From: Verrucomicrobiota bacterium
GTDB taxonomy: Bacteria > Verrucomicrobiota > Verrucomicrobiia > Verrucomicrobiales > DEV007
NCBI GenBank assembly: GCA_045046875.1
Contig: JASFYY010000043.1
Location: 1 to 45,927, forward strand
Length of the DNA: 45,927 bases
Direction of reading: 5' to 3'
The notes under the pieces were generated by a model. The model was not told the DNA's origin and made no database searches. It was given only the letters and a program-made list of their open reading frames with translations. The translations under genes and the position numbers were made by a program. Shown here in pieces: positions 18,119 through 28,268 of the stretch (its first letter is position 1; every line of letters starts with the position of its first letter).

Positions 18119-19180
18119 ATGAGGAAGATACGGGAATTTTTGCTGGGGCCGGAGGGGCAGACGAATTATTATCATGTGGTGAGCCGGACGACGGGGCGGG
18201 ATATTTTGTTCGAGGATGATGAGAAGGAAACTTTTCGGATTTTGATGCTTAAGCAGCTGAAGTTCAGTGGGCTGCGGGCGCTGGCGTGGTGTTTTATGGG
18301 TAATCACTTTCATTTGTTGCTGGAGGTGCCGGATCGGGAGCTGGCGACGGAGGGGTGGATGGATGAGGATTATATCAAGAGGCTGGAGGTGTTTAAAAGT
18401 GAGTGGACAAGTAAGTTGGTATTGGATGAGGTGGAGATGTTTCGGCAGAATGGGGCGACGGAAAAAGTGAGTGAGATTGCGGAATCGGTGAAGGCGCGAT
18501 TGTTTGATCTTTCGATGTTTATGAAGGAGCTGAAGCTGAAAATGACGCTGGCTTATAATCGAAAGCACGGCCGGGTGGGGACTTTGTGGGAGGGGCCGTT
18601 CAAGAGCGTGCTTTTACAGGGGGCGGATTGTGAGAGTGGAGAAAGCAGCGATGCGCTGCGGATGGTGGCGGCTTATATAGACCTGAATCCGATTCGAGCG
18701 GGGCTGGCGCAGGAGCCGGAGGGTTACCGGTGGTGTTCGTATGCGGCAGCGGCGGCGGGGGTGCGTGGGGCGAGACAGGGTTTGTGTTATGCAGTGACGG
18801 GGCGCAGCCGAGTGGCGTGGAAGAAAGTGGCGCAGGAGTATAGGTGTTTGTTGTATGCAAAAGGGGAAACGGTGAAATCGGATCAAGCGGTGGATGGATA
18901 TGAGAAAGGCAAGGGGGGATTCAGTCGGGAGGAGATCAAGGAGGTGTTGGAATCGGGCGGACGCTTGCCGGTGGCGGAGGCTTTGCGCTGTCGGGTGAGG
19001 TATTTTACCGACGGGGCGGTGTTGGGGAGTCAGAGTTATGTGGATGATTTTTTTGAAAACAAGAGGGATCATTTTGGGGTGCGGCGTAAGGATGGAGGCA
19101 GGAAAATGCGGGGGGCGCAGTGGGGAGAACTGCGGGTATTAAGGGATTTAAAAGTAGATGCGATGAGTGCAGGCGGTTGA
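18119..19180 (+). mobile_element. REP-associated tyrosine transposase (RAYT; IS200-like HUH Y1) CDS
   Basis: YYHVVSR, MGNHFHLL (HUH), LWEGPFKS, YIDLNPIRAG (catalytic Tyr), YRWCSY. Confidence 0.93.
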
Positions 19181-19213
19181 GGGTTTACGGCGAAGACATA
19201 ATCGCCTCTGGCA

Positions 19214-19241
19214 TTGACGGCGGCATCGTTTAGGGTATAAA
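19214..19241 (+). promoter_or_regulatory. Putative sigma70 promoter, possibly leaderless transcript
   Basis: TTGACG-N16-TATAAA, 7 nt before GTG 19249. Confidence 0.5.
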
Positions 19242-19248
19242 ACTGGCT

Positions 19249-20601
19249 GTGAACTGGGTGCTTAGAGTATTGGATTTCTTGCTGGTATTGGCATTTGCAC
19301 TGCTGGCATCTGCGGCTTTGCTTTGGTGGTCAATGATGCCCCAGGGTTTTCCGTTGGGGCACTCGCGGTTTTGGATTAATAGTCTGTTGCCCTTGTTGAG
19401 AGCCGCTGTTTGTGTGCTTGGTATTTACTGGGTAATCAAAAAACAGTATCGACGGTTGAAGTGCCTGGGCTGGGTTTTTATTTCCACCGTGATGGTTTCT
19501 TGGATTACGGCTTTATGGGTTTTTCCACAAAGCGCACAAGGTAAATTTCTTCTGGTCATATCCTCTGTCGCTATTGTCACCACGGTTTCGTTTGCTCTCA
19601 TGTTGCTGCTGTTGAGGAAGGAGTCTTTGGGAAAGGCAAGTTTGTTGTTTAGTGTATTAGCAGGCGGATTGCTGGGGTTTTTCCTACCCATTTCCCAGCG
19701 TGCAGCGGATTCTGCTACAAGGCCTTATCATTATCAAGCGATGAAAGTCGTGCCGGAAATCAATGCGAACTCTGAGTTCTCGGTGGCATTATCGCAGCGA
19801 GTTGCGGTCTCGTCGGCGGAAGGGGAAGTGAGTTTGAATTTCGCCAATACACGTTTGAATGTTTTACCGCTGCTCACTTTTGACAGTCGCTCGCCGGATC
19901 GGTTTTGGACGATCTTTGCGCCTGATAAAGCGCGTTCGGGGCCGGCCCGAATTTTAAAAGGCGTGCGCAAGGATGCGGGCAGTCTTGTGATGTTATATGA
20001 AGATGATGCATTTTCTATTTTAAAGGTGGCGCAGACGAATGATACTCAGGACGTGCAGATCGAGGCGCAAAGTTATTTGCCGCAGGATGTGTATTCGCAT
20101 CTCAATACTTTTTGTGAAATACATATCAATACAGTCGGCGCTCTTTCGTTATCCTTTTCCCCCTGCCCTCAGGAGGTTGAAATGAAAGCCTTTGATTACC
20201 CAGCCGGCAGACCCGCCCGCTTGGCGTATTTGGATGCTGGCGATAATTTTTATGTGGTCGAGGCTAGCAGCGGCGAAAAAGGTCCGTTCAAAACGCTTCA
20301 ACAAGGTTCGCTCAAAAGAGTCGAGCCCTTGCAGCTCACAATTTACAGTGACGGTGTGCCCAGGTGTCGCATCACGCTGAGGGATTGGGCGGCGCAAACA
20401 AGCACTCAACTGTCACCCACGGCGGGCTGGGGTTTGCCGGAGAATGCTATCGAATTCTCGCTTTTTGACGGTGATAGGAAAAATTCAGGAGTGATTTTTT
20501 TAACTTTAGCAGCTACTTCCACCGGACGTGGCTGGGACAGCGTGGGCCACGCGGTGGGTAGTTATCGCAACAGAATGGTGATTGAGGTGCTTACTCAGTG
20601 A
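19249..20601 (+). CDS. Hypothetical protein: N-terminal TM bundle plus beta-rich soluble domain
   Basis: 450-aa ORF with 5 hydrophobic segments. Confidence 0.8.
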   Translation: MNWVLRVLDFLLVLAFALLASAALLWWSMMPQGFPLGHSRFWINSLLPLLRAAVCVLGIYWVIKKQYRRLKCLGWVFISTVMVSWITALWVFPQSAQGKFLLVISSVAIVTTVSFALMLLLLRKESLGKASLLFSVLAGGLLGFFLPISQRAADSATRPYHYQAMKVVPEINANSEFSVALSQRVAVSSAEGEVSLNFANTRLNVLPLLTFDSRSPDRFWTIFAPDKARSGPARILKGVRKDAGSLVMLYEDDAFSILKVAQTNDTQDVQIEAQSYLPQDVYSHLNTFCEIHINTVGALSLSFSPCPQEVEMKAFDYPAGRPARLAYLDAGDNFYVVEASSGEKGPFKTLQQGSLKRVEPLQLTIYSDGVPRCRITLRDWAAQTSTQLSPTAGWGLPENAIEFSLFDGDRKNSGVIFLTLAATSTGRGWDSVGHAVGSYRNRMVIEVLTQ

Positions 20602-22705
20602 GCCATTTGATGGCGGCTTCGAGGTTGCCGTTGTTTTGCACGGTTAAGGATCCGCCATTGTTTTTATACTCGGCCTGGGCGGCTTTGAAGAGCTTGGGGT
20701 TTTCTCCGCCGAGCCAGACTTGGCGGGAAGCTGACAGGTTTAATAAGCCAGGTAAATCACCGTATTTTACGGCTCCAGGGATGAAGTCGGGGTCGCGGTA
20801 GCTGGTGATGTTGGCGAAGCGGAACCCATCACTGATAATGACCAGCTTGTCCACGGCGTCACCGGCAAGAGCGCTGGCTGCGGCCACGACGGCTCCCGCT
20901 CCGTGGCTGCCGATCAGGTAGATCTTGCCTCCTTGGGATGAGGTTTTGGCGTAAGTGATCAGGCTCAAAACGTCTTGGGTGCGCAGGGCGAAAACGGAGT
21001 GATTATAACCGTGAGTGTAAGCGGCTGATTCACGTGGATTTTTGACCATGGCGGTTTCGGTCAGGGGTTTGCCATCAGCTAAAAATTCGCCTTGCTGAAA
21101 GAGGTCGGCGCTGATCACCCGATTGCCCGAATCAATCAGGCCTTGAACTTGGATATTTAATTTGCCGTTATCCTGGTATAAGCTGCTCTTGCCACGGCCG
21201 TCCACCCAGATCACAGTGGTGGCATTCGGCTGTTTGCCGGCGATTTCAGTCAAGGGCAGCTCGCTGCCTGTGGATTTTTGCTGCAGCTTGTGATCGGTCA
21301 CTTGCACATCGGTCGCTGCTGGCAGGGTTTCACCGATCATGATGTTCCAGGCGGCCTTGGATGTGGCCTGGCGTTTTTCAGCAGTCATCGCTGCCAACAG
21401 GTAATCCGATTCGTCAGCTAATTGCCCCATGAGTTTTTTCTCGAAAGCATCGCCGCCTTTGGGTTCGGGGTGTTTGGCGTTCCAGACTTCGTGCTCCTCC
21501 GGGGTGAGGCGTTTGAAATCTTTTTCAACAATGGGTTCTTTGTGGCCGAGCCCTAGTTCTTTATTGAACAAGGTGTACATCAACTCTCGTGTCACATAAT
21601 TATAGTTATGATGAAAGTGTCTCAGGTCAGCACAGAAGACGTTGTCCTTTTTGCCATAAAGGCCGTAGAGCTTTTGCAATTCTGGGAAACCCTTGCCTTC
21701 GATCAGCATCTCTTTGGTCCAGTCATTGGCAGAGGTCATGCCTTGGGGTTTGGGAGCAAACAGGGCAGCCAGCTCCACGTTGCCGGTGCCGATGCGCAGC
21801 AGGCTGGCGTTTTCACAAGTGCAGCCACCCTGCATCGAGCTGGAGACCATGCCATTGGGAAAAGCGACGATCGGTCGGGGATCGATGGCGCATAGGATGA
21901 TCGTCTGGGTACCGCCACCACTGCCGCCGGTGACTCCGAGCCGTTTGGGGTCGGTGTCGGGCAGGGCCTCGAGGAAATCGAGTGCGCGGATGGAGTTCCA
22001 GGTCTGGATGCCAAAAACCGACTGCAAGCGCATTTCCGCCTGGGCACTGAACAGTCCCCAGCTTTCTTTGTCTTCGAAATCAGGACGTTGTTTTTTGAAG
22101 CCGTGGGTCAGCTCACGCGACAGCTGACTGTTGTCGGCATAACCCATCATATCGTATAAAAAAACCACCGCTCCGAGTCTCGCTAGAGTAGCGCAACGGG
22201 CGACTTTCGGGAAGCGGCCTGAATCGGCAAATTTTTCTCCACCTTCTTCGATCTGTTTGAGCACACCTTTTTCTCCAAGATCCATCAAACGACCGCCGTG
22301 ACCGTGGGGGGACAATACTGCGGGCACCTGTTTGCCTGCGGGAATGTGGTCGGGACGAAAAAGCAAGCCGGTTACATACAAACCCGGCACTGATTCGAAA
22401 TAAACTTTTTCAACGGTGAAACCCGGGCGAGTGATTTTGCCGTGGATCACTGCGTTGAGCGGAGTTTTTTCCGGCATCGGCCACAGTCCGTTGGCCACTA
22501 GAATACGTTGACGCAGATCGCTTGCGCGTTTTTCCCAAGCGTCGAGGGTGGCGGGAACCTTGAATGGGAAAAAACCGTTTAAGTCTTTGGGTGCTTGCAG
22601 CCGGGCGTCATTGGGCAAGGTGCCTTTGGGGAATACCCGCGGGGCTTGGGCTAGCAGAGAAGAGGTCAGGCTGGCGAAAACGACCAGAGTTATAAGAGAT
22701 TTCAT
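20591..22705 (-). CDS. Secreted alpha/beta hydrolase, acetyl-xylan-esterase-like
   Basis: Signal peptide, VEKVYFES.PG, PHGH, nucleophile elbow GGSGGG, second degenerate hydrolase domain. Confidence 0.85.
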   Translation of the reverse strand: MKSLITLVVFASLTSSLLAQAPRVFPKGTLPNDARLQAPKDLNGFFPFKVPATLDAWEKRASDLRQRILVANGLWPMPEKTPLNAVIHGKITRPGFTVEKVYFESVPGLYVTGLLFRPDHIPAGKQVPAVLSPHGHGGRLMDLGEKGVLKQIEEGGEKFADSGRFPKVARCATLARLGAVVFLYDMMGYADNSQLSRELTHGFKKQRPDFEDKESWGLFSAQAEMRLQSVFGIQTWNSIRALDFLEALPDTDPKRLGVTGGSGGGTQTIILCAIDPRPIVAFPNGMVSSSMQGGCTCENASLLRIGTGNVELAALFAPKPQGMTSANDWTKEMLIEGKGFPELQKLYGLYGKKDNVFCADLRHFHHNYNYVTRELMYTLFNKELGLGHKEPIVEKDFKRLTPEEHEVWNAKHPEPKGGDAFEKKLMGQLADESDYLLAAMTAEKRQATSKAAWNIMIGETLPAATDVQVTDHKLQQKSTGSELPLTEIAGKQPNATTVIWVDGRGKSSLYQDNGKLNIQVQGLIDSGNRVISADLFQQGEFLADGKPLTETAMVKNPRESAAYTHGYNHSVFALRTQDVLSLITYAKTSSQGGKIYLIGSHGAGAVVAAASALAGDAVDKLVIISDGFRFANITSYRDPDFIPGAVKYGDLPGLLNLSASRQVWLGGENPKLFKAAQAEYKNNGGSLTVQNNGNLEAAIKWLTE

Positions 22706-22870
22706 AAGGGTAGGATTTGAGGATATTTAAATGGCAAAATCGACTTAAAAAGCAAAGCGTCAAGCTATTGTCATCAAGGTTTTATCAAGCGGATTACTTG
22801 CCTAAAAGCTCAATGAGAGCTAATCGTTGAGGCTATCGGCGACAAGACCGACTCGAACCAACTATTTATC

Positions 22871-25711
22871 ATGACTTCGCAAGAAATCCGCCAATCCTTC
22901 CTCGATTTTTTTCAGGAAAAGCAGCATAGCATTGTGCCTTCGGCTTCTTTGATGCCGACTTCGCCGAATTTGTTGTTCACCAACGCGGGCATGAACCAGT
23001 TTGTACCCTATTTTCTCGGAGCGGAAAATGCGCCTTACAATCCTCCGCGCGCTGCGGATACACAGAAATGTATCCGGGCGGGTGGCAAGCACAATGATCT
23101 CGAGGATGTGGGTTACGACACTTATCATCACACGCTGTTTGAGATGCTTGGTAACTGGAGTTTTGGTGATTATTTCAAACAAGAGGCGATTGAATGGGCG
23201 TGGGAGTTGCTGACTGAGCGGTGGAATCTGCCCGCTGAGCGTCTTTACGCGACGGTTTACAAGCCCGGTGAGGGGGATCCTGCTGACTTTGATCAGGAAG
23301 CTTACGATATTTGGAGAAAATTATTCGAAAAAGCCGGGCTCGACCCTGCGGTGCATATCGTCAATGGTAATAAAAAGGACAACTTCTGGATGATGGGCGA
23401 TACCGGGCCTTGTGGTCCCTGCTCGGAACTGCATATCGACCTCACACCCGAGGGTGATACCAAGGGCTCTTTGGTGAATGCTGATGACGCGCGTTGTATT
23501 GAGATTTGGAATTTGGTGTTCATTCAGTTTAATGCTGAGCCGGATGGCACATTTCGTTCGTTACCCGCTTGTCATGTGGATACGGGAATGGGCTTTGAAC
23601 GTGTTTGCTCGATTATCCAGGGAACCAAAAACTCGACCGACTTTTCTACTTTGGTATCCAACTACGATACCGACGTGTTCACTCCGCTTTTTAATCGCTT
23701 GAGCGAACTGAGTGGCAAAACTTATCAACGCACTCTGCCCGAGACGGGCAAACGTGAAGGCTTGAGCGAGCAAGAGCAGATCGATGTGGCTTTTCGAGTG
23801 ATAGCTGATCATATCCGCACCTTGTCTTTTTCCATCGCTGACGGCATTCTGCCTTCGAACGAGGGGCGTGGTTATGTTCTACGCCGTATCCTGCGCCGTG
23901 CGGTTCGTTACGGGCGCAATCTGGGATTAGGTAAGGATGGGGCAAAAGTTCTTAGCACATTGGTTCAAACTTTGGTTGATGAATTCTCTCAAGTTTTTCC
24001 AGAGTTAAAAGAACGCCAAGAAAAAATCATCGCTACTTTGAATGCTGAGGAAGAAAGTTTCAACCGCACGCTGGATCGCGGAATGAAGCTGTTTGCTGAT
24101 GCGTCTGAGAAAATTGACGATAAAGTTTTCCCCGGCGACGTGGCTTTCAAACTTTATGACACCTATGGGTTTCCCATCGATCTCACCGTGCTGATGGCGG
24201 AAGAAAAAGGTTTGAGTGTCGATATGGTCGATTACGAGGAACAGTTGCAAGCGCAGATAAAACGCAGTCAAGAGGGACGTAGCTCAACTTTGGTAATGGC
24301 GGTGGATATTGACACCGATCTCGATACGAAGTTCGTTGGTTTTGAGACAAGCGAATGTGAGGCTAATGTGCTTGAGTCTTTCGAAAATGCGCATGGACAT
24401 TATATCATTGTGGATGTCAGCCCCTTTTATGCTGAGATGGGCGGGCAGGTGGGCGATACCGGAGTGGTGATCGATGGAGGCAATGAAATCAAGGTCTTGA
24501 ATACCACCAAAGCCGGCGCAGCCATTTGCCTGCAAGTGGAAGAATTGCCGAGTTCGAAAAAAGTTCAGTTAAAAGTGGATGTCGACCGACGCGCGAGCAT
24601 CGAGGGGCATCATAGTGCCACTCATTTGCTACACTGGGCGCTGCATGAAGTGGTGGATCGTGATGTGGCGCAGCAAGGATCGCTGGTTGCCCCGGGGCGT
24701 CTGCGTTTTGATTTCAACTGTGCCGCATTGAGCGTGGAACAAATGACGGAAATAGAAAACCGGGTGAATGAAAAAATTGCAGCCGCAGAAGGGGTGTTTT
24801 GGGGAGACCGGGATCATAGTGAGGTGAAGGACCGCAAAGACATCATGCAGTTTTTTGGTGATAAATATGGCGAGCAAGTGCGGGTAGTTCAGATCGGAGG
24901 GAAAAAAGATGAGCTTAATGGTTATTCGATGGAATTGTGTGGTGGCGCGCACGTGCGCAATACCAAGGATATCGGTCTTTTTAAGATTCGCAGCGAAGGA
25001 GCGATTGCTGCTGGTATTCGAAGAATTGAGGCGGTGTGCGGAGACGCTGCGGTGGAATTTTTGGCTGAAAGCCTGCGTGAACTTAAAGCGGAGCACGACT
25101 TGCTTGACCAGAAATTAAACAAGAGCAATCAAGAGCTGAAAGAGGCCGGCGCCGAACCTGTGACGTTGCCTGACTTGGATGATACCCTGGCAGCTTCTTT
25201 TGTGGCAATGATGGAGCATAGTGCTGAGCAAAAACAGCAGGCGATAGATGCTTTCCAAGCTCGTAATCAATTAGTGAAAGCCGCAGCGGTCGAAGCTGAT
25301 AAGAAGGTTAAAAAAAACAAGTCGGCTGCCCAGGCGGGTCAAGCGGACGCTTTGATCAAAGAGTTGACAGAAAAAGCCAAAGAGGAGGCGGGTGATGGTA
25401 TCGCTGTGCTGATCGAAAATTTCGAAGAGGCAGAGCCGGGTTTGTTACAGGAACTATTGAATGGTTTGAAAAAAGAGCACTTCGAAGGCGTGGCGGTGAT
25501 GACGTTGCCTGTTGGAGGGAAAGTGAATCTGGCTATTTACGTGGCGACTGCGTTGACTGACCGGTTCCAAGCAGGCAAACTGATGGGTAAGTTGGCACCG
25601 ATCATAGGTGGTCGTGGAGGAGGCAAACCCGAGATGGCGCGCGGAGCTGGTAATGATGCCAGTAAGATCGCCGAATTGCAGGCGGAAGCGAAAGAGTTGC
25701 TGGGTGGGTGA
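22871..25711 (+). CDS. alaS: Alanine--tRNA ligase
   Basis: LLFTNAGMNQF, FEMLGNWSFGDYFK, DTGMGFER, H.ATHLL, ELCGGAH, GGRGGGKP. Confidence 0.99.
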   Translation: MTSQEIRQSFLDFFQEKQHSIVPSASLMPTSPNLLFTNAGMNQFVPYFLGAENAPYNPPRAADTQKCIRAGGKHNDLEDVGYDTYHHTLFEMLGNWSFGDYFKQEAIEWAWELLTERWNLPAERLYATVYKPGEGDPADFDQEAYDIWRKLFEKAGLDPAVHIVNGNKKDNFWMMGDTGPCGPCSELHIDLTPEGDTKGSLVNADDARCIEIWNLVFIQFNAEPDGTFRSLPACHVDTGMGFERVCSIIQGTKNSTDFSTLVSNYDTDVFTPLFNRLSELSGKTYQRTLPETGKREGLSEQEQIDVAFRVIADHIRTLSFSIADGILPSNEGRGYVLRRILRRAVRYGRNLGLGKDGAKVLSTLVQTLVDEFSQVFPELKERQEKIIATLNAEEESFNRTLDRGMKLFADASEKIDDKVFPGDVAFKLYDTYGFPIDLTVLMAEEKGLSVDMVDYEEQLQAQIKRSQEGRSSTLVMAVDIDTDLDTKFVGFETSECEANVLESFENAHGHYIIVDVSPFYAEMGGQVGDTGVVIDGGNEIKVLNTTKAGAAICLQVEELPSSKKVQLKVDVDRRASIEGHHSATHLLHWALHEVVDRDVAQQGSLVAPGRLRFDFNCAALSVEQMTEIENRVNEKIAAAEGVFWGDRDHSEVKDRKDIMQFFGDKYGEQVRVVQIGGKKDELNGYSMELCGGAHVRNTKDIGLFKIRSEGAIAAGIRRIEAVCGDAAVEFLAESLRELKAEHDLLDQKLNKSNQELKEAGAEPVTLPDLDDTLAASFVAMMEHSAEQKQQAIDAFQARNQLVKAAAVEADKKVKKNKSAAQAGQADALIKELTEKAKEEAGDGIAVLIENFEEAEPGLLQELLNGLKKEHFEGVAVMTLPVGGKVNLAIYVATALTDRFQAGKLMGKLAPIIGGRGGGKPEMARGAGNDASKIAELQAEAKELLGG

Positions 25712-25729
25712 TGGATTTTTAAAAGAGAA

Positions 25730-25755
25730 GCCGCGGATTGCGGATGGGCGCGGAT
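25730..25755 (+). repeat. Short GCGGAT triplet tract
   Basis: GCCGCGGAT TGCGGAT GGGCGCGGAT after the alaS stop. Confidence 0.5.
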
Positions 25756-25794
25756 AAGGATTTGTGATTATTGAGAATAAGCAGGAATGACAGA

Positions 25795-26784
25795 ATGAAG
25801 AAGCTTGTTATTAAGATAGACGAGTTGGAGTCGGCTTTTGAGGCATGCGCGAGTTTGCTGGATTCAGAATTTGCCGAGGAAATCGAGGATGTTTATTTGA
25901 ATAAGAAAACAGGGGAAATCGTTTGGGTGGAACGAGAAGAAGAATTCTACGATGAGGGTAAGGAAGGGGATGAGGAGGTTGATATCGATGCTTGCAACGA
26001 AGATCTGATCGAATTGCCTGCAGATTTGTGGAAGGAGCAGGATTATCAAGTGATGGAGAGTTTTGTGGGGGAGCTTGAGGATTTGGATTTGCAGCGGCAA
26101 TTGGAGAAATCGGTACGAGGCGCAGGGGCGTTTCGTCGATTCAAAGACATCGTATTCAAGCCGGGAAATTTGAGCTTGTTGCGTGATTGGAATTGGCATC
26201 AGACGAAGTGCCAACGAAAGGCGATTGTTGAATGGCTTCAACAGAACGGAATCGAAGCTCAATGGGATCAAGACATTTTTTCGCCTTCAAATTACCCCGA
26301 CAAACGACAGGATTTGTTGAGAGGGGTTTTGCGCTTTGTGCGCGATGTGAGTCAAATCGACGGCGTGCACCGCATTTCCATGCTAGGATCTTTGACGACC
26401 GAAAAACCGCTGCCCAAAGATGTAGATTTGTTGGTGCAGGTGGCTGATGATATGCCGCTAGAGCCGTTGGCAAAATATTCGCGGCAGTTGAACGCTAAAG
26501 CAATGCAAACGGGAGATGGGTGCTGTGCTGACATTTTCATTTGTGATAGTGCGAACCACTACATTGGGCGCATGTGCCTGTGGAAAGAGTGTAGGGAGGG
26601 ATTACGACGGGGTTGTAAGGCTCAACACTGCGGGAGAAGACAGTATTTGTCAGATGATTTCCAGCTGGTGACCTTGGATCAAGCACTGGTGAAATCCCCG
26701 CCGATAGATTTATGGCCTGAGGTGATCACTCGCGTAGATGTGCCGGAAGATGTGTGTCGCGAAGTAATGGCGAAGTTGAGCTGA
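25795..26784 (+). CDS. UPF0158 domain fused to a Pol-beta-like nucleotidyltransferase with Cys-rich tail
   Basis: YLNKKTGEI, Y.VMESFV, RGAGAFRRFKD, EWL..NGI; then LGSL...PKDVDLLV...ADIF and several Cys. Confidence 0.8.
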   Translation: MKKLVIKIDELESAFEACASLLDSEFAEEIEDVYLNKKTGEIVWVEREEEFYDEGKEGDEEVDIDACNEDLIELPADLWKEQDYQVMESFVGELEDLDLQRQLEKSVRGAGAFRRFKDIVFKPGNLSLLRDWNWHQTKCQRKAIVEWLQQNGIEAQWDQDIFSPSNYPDKRQDLLRGVLRFVRDVSQIDGVHRISMLGSLTTEKPLPKDVDLLVQVADDMPLEPLAKYSRQLNAKAMQTGDGCCADIFICDSANHYIGRMCLWKECREGLRRGCKAQHCGRRQYLSDDFQLVTLDQALVKSPPIDLWPEVITRVDVPEDVCREVMAKLS

Positions 26785-26847
26785 CTGAGTTGGAGGACTT
26801 GGAAAAATTAGACTTTCCCTGGCCATGATTATAATTACAATTCAAGC

Positions 26848-27960
26848 ATGGCGATACGACTTGGCAACTATGTGCGTTCGGGTTTCATTGATAATTCCAC
26901 GCGTGGCAGAATCACTGGAGAACTTAAAATCAAAGGTCTTGATGAGCCTGTGATGATCGATGTGAAGGGTAACGCACATCCCGACATGGCAGGATGTGTG
27001 CTGAGTTTTAACAATCCTCAAGCAGACTTGATCGATCCAGCACTTGCTGATATTTTGCGACAAGTGCATAAAGGGTTTGCTGGCGATATCAGTGCCTCGC
27101 AGAAACGTAAGGTGCCTAAGTCGCTGCTGGATTCATCTGCTGCTTCGACATTCGACCCTAGCGATTTTGTTCTGTGCAACACCCTTTACCTGGAGTGGTA
27201 TGATTATTATAACGGAAGAGTTGTGATTGAGGGGGTAGGCTACCAATGGGAAATTGATTTGCCTCGTTGGCAGCTCACGCAGGAAGAGGAGATTGAGCAG
27301 GCCCAACAAGCAAGCTCGGCGATGGATTTACACATGAATCTTGCTCTAGAGCTTTTTGAAGATAGCACGGAGGAGATTTCTTATAATGAAGAAAAAATCG
27401 ATCCCGAAGCAAATGATGAATTTGCCTGGGAACAGCGTTTGCAGAATTCTGAAAACCGGGTGGATGCTCTGCTTGATTTACTTGATGAAGCTCAAACGCA
27501 GGAGGATAGAAAAGTTTTGTTAAAACACGCTTTTGACGGTTTGTGGCAAGAAGAATTACTGCTGGTTGACCATGAATTTGCACCCCCTGAGAGCAGAGTC
27601 AATGGCGTGGAGCTCGATGGTGAAATGATTGATCTGGCTAAAAATTTGCAGCGTAAGGTTAGCTCTATCATGATGTTGATACGAGAGCCAATAGACGAAG
27701 CATTTGATACGGAAGCGCTACTGACACTTTATGTTAAGGTGAATGCGACGATGGATTTGGTCTTGGACGAAGAATCTTGTTTTGCTCCAGGCCTTATCAT
27801 TGCTTTGCTCAAAAGAGAAATTGCCCGCTGCCAATCAATTGTTAATTCTTTGCCACAACAGCAACGAGACGAAGGGTCGCTTTGTTTGCAAGATGTGTGG
27901 GAAATTCGCGATCTGCTGGTGAGATTGAGCGGATATTTGCGAGATGGACAGACAAGTTGA
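26848..27960 (+). CDS. Conserved hypothetical protein
   Basis: 370-aa ORF; G.IDN..RGRITG, GN.H.D.AG, LYLEW....NGRVVIE; acidic helical C-terminus; TATAAT at 26830-26835. Confidence 0.8.
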   Translation: MAIRLGNYVRSGFIDNSTRGRITGELKIKGLDEPVMIDVKGNAHPDMAGCVLSFNNPQADLIDPALADILRQVHKGFAGDISASQKRKVPKSLLDSSAASTFDPSDFVLCNTLYLEWYDYYNGRVVIEGVGYQWEIDLPRWQLTQEEEIEQAQQASSAMDLHMNLALELFEDSTEEISYNEEKIDPEANDEFAWEQRLQNSENRVDALLDLLDEAQTQEDRKVLLKHAFDGLWQEELLLVDHEFAPPESRVNGVELDGEMIDLAKNLQRKVSSIMMLIREPIDEAFDTEALLTLYVKVNATMDLVLDEESCFAPGLIIALLKREIARCQSIVNSLPQQQRDEGSLCLQDVWEIRDLLVRLSGYLRDGQTS

Positions 27961-28092
27961 GCAAAATTGTAGCAGAAGTAAGTTTTGGAAAAAGAGCATC
28001 CTCGTGGCGGGAGCCCCGATATTCCCCGACAACGCAAAATTTTTTCCTGCCAAGTCGAAATAGAAGGGTATCGACAATTGAAGTTGAATGAT

Positions 28093-28188
28093 GGGGTCAA
28101 ACCCCAAGCAATATGATTCTTGTTAGAATCGAGGTGCTTTTTGCGATAGAATATCGCGCAAGAAATAAAACAAGTGGGGTGTGACCCC
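28093..28188. repeat. Inverted REP-like doublet
   Basis: GGGGTCAAACCCC (28093-28105) and GGGGTGTGACCCC (28176-28188) are reverse complements with one mismatch. Confidence 0.65.
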
Positions 28189-28268
28189 TTGCATGACCAT
28201 GCAAGTTATAGTTTGAGCCTTCGAGTTAGATCAAAGAACTGGGGGGATCCGCTTGAGGGCGGGGCAAC

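Noticed and set aside
17934..19108. DGR template/variable repeat pair
   Set aside because: Differences are not adenine-restricted (C/T changes present), are mostly synonymous, and there is no reverse transcriptase.
22871..25711. Long AlaRS as intein-containing
   Set aside because: No intein motifs seen; the extra length is in a helical linker and small loops.
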